Assembly: GCA_964187785.1 (NCBI GenBank)
Contig: OZ076409.1
Span: 79,362,001-79,426,000, forward strand
Length of the DNA stretch: 64,000 nucleotides
DNA from: Amphiscolops sp. MND2022
Lineage: Eukaryota
Direction of reading: 5' to 3'
How positions within the stretch are numbered: the first letter of the stretch is position 1; every line of letters starts with the position of its first letter. The position numbers were made by a program, and so were the translations under genes. Shown here in pieces: positions 11,201-24,700 of the stretch. The notes below the pieces were generated by a model that was given only the letters and a program-made list of their open reading frames with translations, was not told where the DNA came from and searched no databases.

Positions 11201-12644
11201 GCATAGTCGTCACACCTCGATCCGCATGGTGACGTATAGTCGTCATACCTTGATCCGCATGGTGACGTATAGTCGTCATACCTTGATCCGCATAATGCCG
11301 CATAGTTAATTCCTTTCAATCCGTATAATGGCGAGTATTCATTGCGCTTCAATCCGCATAATGCCGTATAGTTCCCGTATGATATTCCGTATAGTGTAGA
11401 TATTTACTATACGTTTGCTCTCGTTTCATAGTACTATGCAGCATATGAAATTGATTCAGACATAGCTGATCAATTAGTGCTGTTTTTGTGTTGTTTGTCC
11501 AAACGTGTTGGTGCAATAATATATTCCGAACAAATGTGTTCCATTACGTAGATTTTGGTATGTTTTAGATAATTCGGCCTTTTCGGAAGTACAGAAGCGC
11601 ATTGAAGGCGGATTTCGTTTGTACAATCAATTTGCCGTCTTCATATACAGTCAATTACAAAGTATACTACCCGATAGTGTGCTAGGGAGTATTTCCGATT
11701 GGGACAGATATCTCACTATTGATCTCGACCAAACTGAGCTTCCTTACAAGACGTCTAGTGAATTTATTTTGAATGAAGACTTCCACAAGTTGGTTTTGGC
11801 AAGTAGGTTACCCCGTCCGGGGAAATTTGTGGACCAATCGATCGCCTTTTGTAAGGCTTTTTGCAAGTTACTGCTGTGCCACGATGTCATAAAGTCGGAC
11901 TTAATCAGGGGGTTGTCAGCTTTTGACTCCAGTGTTATGATCGAGGGTCCCGAGGAACACTATTCCAGTGCAATTGAGAAGCTGTCGTCTTACTTTTCTA
12001 GTGCCGGGTGGATTTCAAGCAGCGATAAAGTAAAGATCATTAGTCAGTATCGTTCCTTTGTTACTAAACTCCGTGCTGGATCAATACCAGAATACGAAGA
12101 TTGGGTACATTTTTTGTCGTCTCATTATGAGATCCGGTGTCGTCCAGAGTTGCTTCAGCTTTATAAGTACTCTTGCTTATGCTTGCCTCCTCTTATCGAA
12201 ATGTCTCCAGAATTCACTGTTCCAGTTCTACGTTTAGAAGGTAATACTGAGTCCTTTCAGTCATGCTTGCGGAGTTTACAGGCTTCCAATTTAACTGTCC
12301 CACACGTATCAAGTCTGTATCGTGATCCAAAATCTATCCCTCGAGTCTTCCGGCTTCTGGGACGTGGTGAGGATCTACTTACCGACAAGAAATTTTCCGT
12401 ATGGAATTTCCTTAAAGGAAGTAGCCCGCGTCGAGCAGCGTTACTGGGAAAATTCGAGACTGGCTACAGGAAAGCCGGTTTACGAACCGAGAAGCCACCT
12501 ATAACTTCAAGCAGTACAACACCTAGTGTTAGTCGGCACAGCAGTGTAAATAGTTCGCCGTCCCCTGACCCTTCACTAAGCAGAGTTAGCCTGGAAGTTC
12601 CTCGCTGTGGAGACCTGGAAGCTGGAGGAGCATCAAAAAAATGA
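8237..12644 (+). pseudogene. Six-exon antisense gene, copy 1 (~1084 aa; C2H2/BED-like zinc finger; possibly hAT-transposase-derived); one premature stop
   Basis: Exons 8237-8351, 8634-9994, 10075-10560, 10624-10758, 10831-10912, 11569-12644. All introns are GT..AG with compatible phases (1,0,0,0,1), 3255 nt in total. Motif WWCRVC-x15-HYRSDTH. TAA at 9023-9025 is CAA in copy 2. Confidence 0.8.
11189..11390. repeat. 33-bp tandem array within intron 5 of the antisense gene
   Basis: CCGCAT/CCGTAT units start at 11189, 11222, 11255, 11288, 11321, 11354; second copy at +8926. Confidence 0.9.
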
Positions 12645-12862
12645 AGAGTAAGTCTGGAAAAGACAAGAAGACGAATTGAGAGTGTTCTCGCTTGACTTTG
12701 GATCTGTGTATTACTAGTTTGTTTTGTTTGTTTCGGAAGCCTTATTCTATCCGACTATTTACTCATTTAGTTGTATCTTCTTTGAATGAACTGATAATTC
12801 GTCTAGTTACGAACTGAAAAGACAGGAAAGAGATAAGAGAACGATTCTTCTGTGTGTGTTTT

Positions 12863-13722
12863 TTAGTATCTGTAAGAGTCAGAGTAGTTTGGGTTGGGAT
12901 TGGGGCGTAAGTTGTATTTTTCACCACGAGTATTTATGGGTTCTTCTTGCAATGGGGTATTTTGTGAATTTTCTAGGGTTTTTTGGGTATCATCAACTGA
13001 TGAATTATTTGGTTCTCTTTGAGTTTTTTGGGTATTTTGATCATCTTCACTGATGTGTTGTGGAATTTCATTTTCATGATTGTCGCAATTTTGATCTGGT
13101 TCAGTGGTCTGTTCCACTGGGCTCCCCCACTATTTTTTGAAGATCCTGGGGAGGGAGGGTGGTTATCATTAGGTATTTGGATTGGAGTATATTCGGTTTC
13201 CTCAGTGTCTTCTGAGTATTCTGAAGGACCATCTTCAAACGGATTAGATCCAAAATTTGTATTCCATGATTGGGCATATAGATCATCATTTGCTATAGGC
13301 ATCTGGTCATCTTTTTGCCAATCAGTTTCGCGGACAAAAATATCTGCTAATGGAGCTTGCGGAGTGAATTTTCGCAGGCGTATCCTGTGTAGCAGTTGCG
13401 TTTTGTTAGTACCAAGTCTCCTGACAATATAATTATTGTTAGGGAGCACTTTTTCCACTTTATATGGACCACACCATCTGAATTCTCGAAATGGTATTTT
13501 CGTCGCTTGCGTGTCGGCTTTTGGGTTGAGAATGTAGCAATAGTCCGTCGTTTCGAGCGGTGCTGCTTTGGCTTTCCTATCATAGTAGGCTTTGTACTTG
13601 AGATAGGATTGCATGATATTTTTCTTTGTTTGATCTAAAAGGATTTTCATGCGTTTTTGTATTTCTTCTGCCACATCTGCCTGTGGTTGATATCGTGGGT
13701 TAGGGTTATATCCGAGTTTATA
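12863..13722 (-). pseudogene. Duplicated pol 3' end (post-core integrase GPY/F region and acidic tail)
   Basis: Matches 21788-22649; contains RWCGPYKV; truncated at a junction with LTR sequence at 13722/13723; 1-nt frameshift near 13125. Confidence 0.9.
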
Positions 13723-14814
13723 TTTCACCTAAATTTTCTTGCCAACCGTATTAGAATTAGTTAAAGTCTCATTACCTGTAATGGGTATTCCTACTTGAGT
13801 TACTTCCACTTCTCTTTCTGGGGAAGGAGTCTCTAATCTCCTAGATCGTCTATTGCGTTTGTTTCCCATATTGCTTTGGGTGAAAATGGTTTTTGGCTTT
13901 TGGGGAAGAATTTGAATTATCTTGTCTATTTGAAATAACAAGACACTAGAGTATCAGCAAATTACCAAAAGGTTTACAGATGTTTGAAGAAGCAACTGCA
14001 CTTGTTGACAGTTCAGGATTGAATGAATTCTCCTTCAGTTTTCAGAATGAAATAGCTCCAAAAATACCATGACACTCATTTTTACTGCAATCATTTTTTG
14101 GAAAAGACAAAAATAGGATTACGTCAGGGTAACGTCATTCTATTTATAGCATCAGCTGAATTGCATCACGTTCTAAGTATATTTAAGGAAAGGACTAGGG
14201 AAAACCCTGGAAATTACCTAGAATGCGATATAAAATACAATTAAGATGGTTTCCAAATAGCATTACTTCAGCTTCCAAAGCTATATAAAAGGTCCTGCTA
14301 AAACCGCATAATGACGAGTATACGTCACTACACAATCCGCAGAATACCGCATAGTGTTTCTGCAAAAAAACGTATAGTGACGAGTATGCGTCACTCCTCG
14401 AACTGTAGGGTGCCGCATAGTGAATCTTGACAAAAACGCATAATGACGAGTATGCGGTACTGCTCGAACCGCAGACTACCGCATAGTCGTCAGCACAAAG
14501 TGGTATTTAAACTAAATTGGGCTAAATAAGAATCAATGTTACGTAACATATTGCTCATCAACACGTGTTTCCTTTACTCTAACTCGGGTTTTATGCAATT
14601 GTTTGCTCTCAATGACATGTAAAACTAGGCCCTTTTCACATTAAATTGTACAAGTTATTTACATGACTTTCGAAAAAGAGAAAAGGCAAAATGAAAACAA
14701 ATAAAACAAAATGTTTATTGTGAAAGTTTCACAGTTTTCAGACGATGGTCAGACACACTGTTCGCTTCAACTACTGTTGCTCTCCGGATCCCACGCAAGT
14801 TCTGGGTTGCGACA
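13723..14814 (-). repeat. Internal partial LTR (lacks ~430 bp of the LTR 3' end)
   Basis: Matches 4793-5888. Confidence 0.9.
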
Positions 14815-15808
14815 GTCCTGCATTTTTGAAAGTGAACAGGGCTGCCTAAAATCCATCGATGAAAGCTCGTGACCTTACATTGCGATCTCTCACAGTTTCC
14901 GCTTCATACGCTGTTGCGAGGAGGTACTCCCCGAGAATCTCCAACCCGATTTGATCATACGTCCTGCCACACCAGTCGCAAAAACCAGCGATGTTGGGCA
15001 TCACAGTGGGGGACAGGCGATATGCGTCTCTCTCTCTGGGGGGCAACAACAGGAAACTTGTACTGTGGCTAGTTTGTACTGTAAATCCATAGCGTGCTTG
15101 TTGTTGGGCATGCAAACCTCCTGGGCTGGCTATGAAATTGGGTGCGTTCTGTGGAATTTGGATCATCATTGGGACGACGTTCTGCTGTAGTGGCATACTA
15201 ATAAAAGGAAAGTTTGGGTTGGCAATAATTGGTCTGTTTTGATAGACACTGTTCCCAGAACCAGGATTCACTGGTTGTACTTCCTGTATGTCATTTCTTG
15301 TTAGGTCAAAGTTGCTCGTTTGAGGCAAGTAACCAGGTGGGTATGTCGGCACAGGACAGGTAACCGTTCCTCTGCCCCTACCAAGACCCCTTGGAGTCGG
15401 TAAAATTGAGGCGGTCGGACGGCCATAGCTATTCGCAGGCATGCTTCCACTCATTTCCAGTTCATCTGGGGACTCTGGGGATTCTTCGAATTCTGTATCT
15501 ATAAACGATGGTGGCGAGACTGAACCATTGCTCGAGTGTTCCTCCACCAGTTCCATCAGTTGTCTTTCGATCTGTGATCCATCAGTATCAATGACCTCCT
15601 CAGTTTGGTAGGGAATCGAAAAGGAGGGAAACAGAGTTGCGGCGGCTGCGCCCACAAAGGCTGACATGGCATCTGAGGAAGGGCCTCCCACTCGGAATCT
15701 CTCTTCCAGAGCTTGAACATTTCCTGGTTCCACCATAAACTCTTCCCCGGACTCACTGGAAACGTCGATAACTGAGGGCGAAGAGATCTCGTCTATGTTG
15801 GTTTGCAT
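14771..15808 (-). pseudogene. Accessory ORF-A copy 2 with premature stop
   Basis: Near-identical to 5845-6882; GAG>TAG at 14846-14848 truncates it to 320 aa. Confidence 0.75.
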
Positions 15809-17162
15809 TCTTTTGTTTTATTGTTGGGTTCTACTGTAGTGTATTTTTTAGAGAAAGTTCTCACAAACTTATTTGGAGTGAAAGAGCTGCTGAATGTGAA
15901 TTGAATTGAAAACCATATGGTGATCTCTCTTCTCTTTCCTTCTGACTTTGGAGGAAAACCCGCGGAAAAATTGCCTGTCATGTTCTGATCCTTTAACTTC
16001 CCTTATAAGGGTTTTATAGAGGATAGGTTTTCGGGTTTCATCCATAATAAGTTGTAAACAATTTCCATAAAAGGTGTTTCAGTTTACGCTCCAACGGATC
16101 ATCAGTCATCATCAAAGCTTACAGTTTTCCTCTGATATTCAAATGATATATAAACAAATTCATCCTAACTTCAAAGTAACTAGCTAAGAAATATTTTCAT
16201 GGAAGTATTCATTTAAACAGTTCAGAATTAAATATATTTAATCCTTCATGACTAGGTAAACATGAAAATAGAAAATATTAACGTGAATGTTTCATTTCAA
16301 ATTCAGAATATTACAGGATCAAAGTTTATTTTTAAGGAAAAACATAGTTTAATCTCGGTCCTGCACTTTGAAAAATGCAACAGGGTTAGCAATAGTGCAA
16401 ATAAGTTTACATGTTTATTGGTAAATCCATTTAGGAAAACTTGCAAAGGGTACCAGCAGTCTAGACTTTTGAAAACATATTAAAATCAAAAGAGCATCAG
16501 TGTCGTATTCACACCTTAATAGTATCACATGTGTTTTGTCATTAAGAATATGTAGTTTCTTCGTCATATTGCATAATACCATTCATTCATACGCTTCTAA
16601 TCATTGACAATATTAATCCACTCCTTTGGAATGCATACAGCGAAAACTGCAGGATGCCGAGTATGCGTCATTACTCGATCCGCATACTGCCGCATAGTCC
16701 TTGCCTGCAATTCCGCATACTGCCGCATACTCGTCACTGCAATTCCGCATACTGCCGTATACTCGCTGTTAGTCGATCCGCATACTGCCGTATGCTCTAG
16801 CATATAAACCATTCCAATTTGGTTCGTATTAGCGTATTTGCATGTATTCTCTCATCCAGAATCCACAATGAGTCAATCAATCACGCTGGCGGACGAAATT
16901 GACATTTAATTAACCAATCAGATTATAGTATTCTCTTGCACATTTGCGCAAACTTGCATCATTTGCTCTTTGCCTTCTTTTACGCCACGCCTTCTTACGT
17001 ATATTGCATTTTCAGTCAACTTATTGTTAATTTCCTTGTTCAGTCTTTAGTCGTAGTTCACACATACAGAAGCAGTTCATCCATATCTTCCCCGACTTCC
17101 TTACATAACGTTTCCAGCAGGAAAATTTCAAATTCGCATAATTTCATTACTCTTTTGGGATA

Positions 17163-20100
17163 ATGGATTCTACACCTGGCGGGTCAGGTTCTTCAGGCAA
17201 ACGAAGATCCAGAAAAGATCAATCGCCACATCACCGCGACGACTTTTGGAGTGATTTACCTCTCAATCCGATGTCCGGTAAGCTCAACTCATTTGTTTTG
17301 ATTTGGTTCATTTTGATTCAGATTTGAGACTTTTTGGTTTTTTGCAAAGCTGGCCAGGCTTGCAACTTGAAAATGGCTAGCGAAAATGTCTAGTCCAAAT
17401 TCGGGTTTTTTGAAACGTTTCCGCTTCGAACTTCTAAGCTACTTCCGTTCTACTTTCATTTCCTGTCCCCGCGTCCGGTTTCAGGCATTTTCAAACGTGT
17501 TTCGCTTGCTAGATCAGATCCACTTCCTTCTTTCATTAGGTAATAGATCATTGTTTTAGTTGAACTCTGGACTTCTCGGACTTCACCAGAAAAATCGCCT
17601 CACAAAACTGCCGCCACTTCAGAAAAATCTCCTTCTGTAAAGACGCCTGACAAAGTGTTTACCCCACTAGGAGTAGCTTCGCCTAGAACAGCCAGTCTCC
17701 AAGTTCCCTTTGTGTCTCCTAGTGCTCAACCTCTCAGCATTGACGAGGGTATAGAATTAGTAACTACCCCTGCATCTGTGAATCGTGAAGAGAACTGCTC
17801 AGCACAGGAACCCAAACAGAGAGCTGAATTACACTCCCCAGATAGACGCTTCAATCTTGGTGAAACAGCTGCAACTACCCCCACCACTAACATGGGCGAT
17901 TTTAATCCAGTATTTCAGCATGACTTTACCGGGACTTATCCTGCCCCCCAAATTGCCCAGGCTTCTCCTTTCCAACTCGGGCAGTATTTGACTCCAACTT
18001 TACTTGATGACGCTACGGGGGAAAATCCCACTCTACTCGATGACCCCGCCAATTATGAGATTGGAAATCTTGGACTTCAAGAAACCACCCGCACTGCTCC
18101 TACTGAAGGGGACTTTACTGGCGTTGCCTATCCCAGCCTTAACGTCACTCGGCAGGAGATTCTGACACTAAGTAGTGTCTTAGAACGAATCCCACAGAAC
18201 TTCATGTCCGGCGAAGGGGTAGATGCTAATCAGCCCTTATCGCTAACTGTCGTGGATCACACTCTGGATCCTACACTCCTAGCTACATCAAGTCAGGAAG
18301 ACCTTCCCGGACCCTCATCGTCCAGACCTCTGTCATCTGAAGGGCATGAAAGGCTACAGACAACACATGGCAAGAGGAGGAGACCTAGGTACTCACTGAC
18401 AGTCAGTATGCTCAGGAAACATCCAGTACTTAAATTTTCCGCAACCGGTCCTCTGGATGCTGAGAAAACACCTTAAAAGTGGTGGTGTAGAGTATGTAGG
18501 ACGGAACTATCGCTGATGAGCCGGGGACCGTTGGAATTAATTTCGCATTACCGTTCAGACACTCATTTGACGAAAGAACACCGAATTCGCATGGAAATTC
18601 CTGGCACCCCACTGTTTGACAAGGATGGGAAAGAAATTCTAGGGATTGCCCTTCAGGAAGCAAAGAAGGTGGCTAGAGACTCCCACCCAATTGCTCCCCA
18701 ATTGGACTCACGTCATCCTTTGGTCGGCCAATCTGCTGTACCTGCACTAGGAGTCGTATCTAGTCCGACCGACAAAGTCCTCTTTCAAATCGCCGTCTTG
18801 GAACATGGACTCAGACATGGGGGTCACATTAAGAGCCTCACAGGGATCTACGAGGAATTGTCTCGACTGATGTCCAATGACCAATCGACCACCCAAAATT
18901 GGAGTGAGCAACGAGTGTTTGTAAGTACTTTTCTCTACCTTGCTGATCTTAGTTAGCATTCCCTTACTAGGTTGTTATTCATGCTATGTTTTTTCAACAG
19001 GGAATTCTCGTGTACATGTTCAGAGAATTGATGAACTACTGCGTTACCATGACCACTTCTTCTGGGGCATATTCACTAGCAGTACCGCATTCACCAACCC
19101 ATTCCTTTGTGATTTTATCATTCTGGTCGGGGAATGTCTTTCACCGTGTCTGCTTAGGCAGTTCTCCTCGAGGACTATTACTCCCCCGGAGGATTCTTAA
19201 TTTGGTTGCCTCTTTCCTCAGCCTTTTTGACGTTCCCCCTTCGTGTATTGCACTTATTGGGGTTGGAGACAAGTTAGATGATTGCTTGTCAAACACTTTA
19301 TCAGGCTCAAAAAGACCATGTATTGTCAATACTTATGGGACTACCGACCTCGAAGTTAGTTTAACACTGCCGACAGTCCAAATAATTGAACGTCACGATT
19401 TTCGCACAATTTTGGACTTTCTCCTCATGAAATTGAGGACTGCACTTGACCGTGACTGGTTGCAGAGCTTGCCTACCCTTCATAAGGTATTTCTCACTCC
19501 TGGCTGTTTTCAATTTTGTTTCACACAATCTTAAAGTCTCTCGTTTCAGTGTGTAATTCGCCTCGAGTACTCATTAGATGAAGCATCAGTTATCATTGAA
19601 GAATTGTCAAACCATTGGGATCGTGTTCGGGAGCATTTGAACCAGGTAGCAAGACTCCCAGTATACCGATTCCGCATGAGAGAGGTTATTACACTTCCCA
19701 ATAATCCCATTTCTTTGGAATTACTTTGTTACTCAATATATTTTCTCTTATTTCAGCCGAACACTCTCGACGAATGTTTCCGCTTGGATACAGCCTATTT
19801 AGCCTGACTCTTCATCATCAGATGCGTGTTAGACCACTGTTAGTTGCTCCACATCTTCTGATAAAGTATTGTAGTATCATTTGTTACCGGTTTTTAAATT
19901 TTCTGTTCAATCATTTTGTAATTCGTGCCTTCCCGTTTCGAAATAGGAGCCGTGAGGTCGTCATTTATCCATTCTTCCAGTCGTTTACTGTAGCACATGC
20001 ATGTGCTTTCAATTTTGTAACAATGATGAATAGTCATCGTATCTCCATTCGCATATTTGCGTATAATCATTTGTATATGCCTAAGGTAGTAGCATATAAT

Positions 20101-21576
20101 CGTCACTGCTATTTCCGCATAGTGACGCATAGTCGTCGCACCTCGATCCGCATGGTGACGTATAGTCGTCATACCTTGATCTGCATGGTGACGTATAGTC
20201 GTCATACCTTGATCCGCATAATGCCGCATAGTTAATTCCTTTCAATCCGTATAATGGCGAGTATTCATTGCGCTTCAATCCGCATAATGCCGTATAGTTC
20301 CCGTATGATATTCCGTATAGTGTAGATATTTACTATACGTTTGCTCTCGTTTCATAGTACTATGCAGCATATGAAATTGATTCAGACATAGCTGATCAAT
20401 TAGTGCTGTTTTTGTGTTGTTTGTCCAAACGTGTTGGTGCAATAATATATTCCGAACAAATGTGTTCCATTACGTAGATTTTGGTATGTTTCAGATAATT
20501 CGGCCTTTTCGGAAGTACAGAAGCGCATTGAAGGCGGATTTCGTTTGTACAATCAATTTGCCGTCTTCATATACAGTCAATTACAAAGTATACTACCCGA
20601 TAGTGTGCTAGGGAGTATTTCCGATTGGGACAGATATCTCACTATTGATCTCGACCAAACTGAGCTTCCTTACAAGACGTCTAGTGAATTTATTTTGAAT
20701 GAAGACTTCCACAAGTTGGTTTTGGCAAGTAGGTTACCCCGTCCGGGGAAATTTGTGGACCAATCGATCGCCTTTTGTAAGGCTTTTTGCAAGTTACTGC
20801 TGTGCCACGATGTCATAAAGTCGGACTTAATCAGGGGGTTGTCAGCTTTTGACTCCAGTGTTATGATCGAGGGTCCCGAGGAACACTATTCCAGTGCAAT
20901 TGAGAAGCTGTCGTCTTACTTTTCTAGTGCCGGGTGGATTTCAAGCAGCGATAAAGTAAAGATCATTAGTCAGTATCGTTCCTTTGTTACTAAACTCCGT
21001 GCTGGACCAATACCAGAATACGAAGATTGGGTACATTTTTTGTCGTCTCATTATGAGATCCGGTGTCGTCCAGAGTTGCTTCAGCTTTATTAGTACTCTT
21101 GCTTATGCTTGCCTCCTCTTATCGAAATGTCTCCAGAATTCACTGTTCCAGTTCTACGTTTAGAAGGTAATACTGAGTCCTTTCAGTCATGCTTGCGGAG
21201 TTTACAGGCTTCCTATTTAACTGTCCCACACGTATCAAGTCTGTATCGTGATCCAAAATCTATCCCTCGAGTCTTCCGGCTTCTGGGACGTGGTGAGGAT
21301 CTACTTACCGACAAGAAATTTTCCGTATGGAATTTCCTTAAAGGAAGTAGCCCGCGTCGAGCAGCGTTACTGGGAAAATTCGAGACTGGCTACAGGAAAG
21401 CCGTTTTACGAACCGAGAAGCCACCCATAACTTCAAGCAGTACAACACCTAGTGTTAGTCGGCACAGCAGTGTAAATAGTTCGCCGTCCCCTGACCCTTC
21501 ACTAAGCAGAGTTAGCCTGGAAGTTCCTCGCTGTGGAGACCTGGAAGCTGGAGGAGCATCAAAAAATGAAGAGTAA
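17163..21576 (+). pseudogene. Six-exon antisense gene, copy 2
   Basis: Offset +8926: exons 17163-17277, 17560-18920, 19001-19486, 19550-19684, 19757-19838, 20495-21576. Stops at 18474, 19805 and 21091 are sense codons in copy 1. Confidence 0.8.
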
Positions 21577-21787
21577 GTCTGGAAAAGACAAGAAGACGAA
21601 TTGAGAGTGTTCTCGCTTGACTTTGGATCTGTGTATTACTAGTTTGTTTTGTTTGTTTCGGAAGCCTTATTCTATCCGACTATTTACTCATTTAGTTGTA
21701 TCTTCTTTGAATGAACTGATAATTCGTCTAGTTACGAACTGAAAAGACAGGAAAGAGATAAGAGAACGATTCTTCTGTGTGTGTTTT

Positions 21788-24700
21788 TTAGTATCTGTAA
21801 GAGTCAGAGTAGTTTGGGTTGGGATTGGGGCGTAAGTTGTATTTTTCACCACGAGTATTTATGGGTTCTTCTTGCAATGGGGTATTTTGTGAATTTTCTA
21901 GGGTTTTTTGGGTATCATCAACCGATGAATTATTTGGTTCTTTTTGAGTTTTTTGGGTATTTTGATCATCTTCACTGATGTGTTGTGGAATTTCATTTTC
22001 ATGATTGTCGCAATTTTGATCTGGTTCAGTGGTCTGTTCCACTGGGCTCCCCCCACTATTTTTTGAAGATCCTGGGGAGGGAGGGTGGTTATCATTAGGT
22101 ATTTGGATTGGAGTATATTCGGTTTCCTCAGTGTCTTCTGAGTATTCTGAAGGACCATCTTCAAACGGATTAGATCCAAAATTTGTATTCCATGATTGGG
22201 CATATAGATCATCATTTGCTATAGGCATCTGGTCATCTTTTTGCCAATCAGTTTCGCGGACAAAAATATTTGCTAATGGAGCTTGCGGAGTGAATTTTCG
22301 CAGGCGTATCCTGTGTAGCAGTTGCGTTTTGTTAGTACCAAGTCTCCTGACAATATAATTATTGTTAGGGAGCACTTTTTCCACTTTATATGGACCACAC
22401 CATCTGAATTCTCGAAATGGTATTTTCGTCGCTTGCGTGTCGGCTTTTGGGTTGAGAATGTAGCAATAGTCCGTCGTTTCGAGCGGTGCTGCTTTGGCTT
22501 TCCTATCATAGTAGGCTTTGTACTTGAGATAGGATTGCATGATATTTTTCTTTGTTTGATCTAAAAGGATTTTCATGCGTTTTTGTTATTTCTTCTGCCA
22601 CATCTGCCTGTGGTTGATATTGTGGGTTAGGGTTATATCCGAGTTTATAGTCTAGGATATTATGTGGTATTCTGCCATGGAAGACTCGTGAAGGTTCACA
22701 ACCGAGTGATGCATGGTATGATGTGTTAACGGTTAAGGACTGCTAACGGGAGATATTTATGCCAGTTATTCCTGAATTCGCCTGTTGCAGCTTTTAGGTG
22801 TGTTTTCACTGAGGCATGGGTTCTCTCGAGGAGTCCTATTGTTTGGGCATGTTTCATTGTTGCGTGTTTAAGTTCAATTCCCAGCACTGCAGCAACTTCG
22901 TGAGTTACTTGAGCGTTGAATTGAGTGCCTAAATCTGTGATTATCGTTGTTGGAAGGTAGGTGTGCTTGCATAGTATATCCATGATGACTCTTGATACTG
23001 CTGTGGCGGTAATACGAGTCACGGGATAAGCAAACAAGTATCTCGAGAAGACATCTATTGCTGTGATGATGTGATCATAACCTCCGCTAGAGGGGAGGTT
23101 TGGTAGAATATCCATCTGTAGAATGTCTTCCGGGCCAAGATCCCATTCTGGGCAATTAAGAAGTTCGGTTCTGAGGAGATCGTTGTTGATACGTTTCGTT
23201 TGAATGCAGACTTGGCAGTTACTGACCCATTTTTTAATGTATTTAGCCATACATGGGTAGTAATATTTTTGTCTTGCTTCCTGAATCATTTTCGTGATTC
23301 CTGGGTGGTTTGAATTATGGCCATGAAGGGCTTGTAAGAGTTCATCTAAAAGTTGAACCGGTAGGAGAATCTGGTAGTGAGATGTGGTTCCTGTGTCCGT
23401 ATAGTATTTTCGGGTGAAAACTTCTTGTTTAATTTCTATTCTTGTTATGTTTTGTAGGTAGTGTTGGTATCTGTAGTCTGATGCCAACTCATTCTCGTCG
23501 AAGGGGTTGCCTTCGATTTTTGCTCTCAGGTTTCTGAGGACTACGTCATTATTCTGCTCGAGGCGGATTTTGGCATTGTCCTTGAAGTATCCTGATGAAA
23601 TAGAGATTAATCCTGAGGTGGGTTTGTGAAATTATTGTAGTTCAGCGACCTCATTTTCGTGGTCGTTGTGTGTTTCAGTTTGAGCTTGATTTCGGATATT
23701 TTGTTTTTCTTCCCAAAGTTGGGTTTCGTCGATTTCATCATCTGGGAGAACATAGATTTGTTCTTCTTCAGCGATGCCTGTTGATTGGATATTCACTTCA
23801 ATTGCTTTTGTGTGAATATCATTACGAATATTCATTTCAAGTTTTTCTGCTGGGTCGACTTCTGTTCTAGATAAGAAGTCTGCTGCGGTATTCATCGAGC
23901 CAGCAACATGGGCGATTACAAAATTGTATTGCAGGACATAATCGCATGCATTCCATAGTGCTGGAGGAATCATTTTTGTTTGGAAAAATCTAGTTAATGA
24001 TCGATTGTCTGTGAAGACTATGACTGGGAAGGTGGTTCCCCACAAGAGGTGGCCAAATTCCACGAATGCAAAATATATGGAAAGAAATTCTTTCGCATAT
24101 ATTGACATTTTCGTTTGAGTTGGATTAAAAGTTTTTGAACCGAATGCGATGGGTGCATAGGTTTTACGTTTGGATTGCAGTTTTTGGTTTGGGTCGTCTT
24201 CTATCATTATTGCGTATCCTGTTGCCATAAAACTGGCATCGGACATGACTATCAATTGTTTGTCTTTCAGGGGTTGCTTTAGTGCCAATTGACAAGAGTT
24301 TTCGAGTAGTTTGTTGAGGTTTGTGAAATCTTCTACCAAGTTTGTTGGTACGTAAAATTTGGATGTTTCTTTAAGTAGTTTAAAGAAAGGAGAAAGTCGT
24401 TCTGAAAGGCTTGGAATATAGTTGCGATAGTAGTTTAAAAATCCGATATATCTCTGCAACGCCTTCTTTGATTTTGGAAAGCGAAGTTTTGAGAGGAAGT
24501 CTTTCACTTTGTCGGCTTGTGGGGCGACTCCATGGGGAGTTATTGTGCGACCCAAGAAATCAACTTGTTTGACTCCGAAATGACATTTCGACATGGAAAG
24601 TTTCAATCCCGCATTGCGGATGCATTCGAAGACTGTTCTGATGTTTGTGCACAATTGTTTTGTGTCATTCGCTGCTATGCCAATGTCGTCTACATATTGG

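Noticed and set aside
10800..11352. Repetitive short ORFs (MRHYADQ..., CGSRYDDY...)
   Set aside because: Translations of the 33-bp intronic tandem repeat.
7725..11390. 33-bp periodic arrays as a CRISPR-like array
   Set aside because: Units are degenerate tandem repeats without unique spacers, there are no cas genes, and the context is a eukaryotic transposon.
6900..12800. Antisense gene as an independent hAT transposon insertion
   Set aside because: No TIRs or 8-bp TSD found by eye, and its intron shares the LTR motif; not fully excluded without a family alignment.
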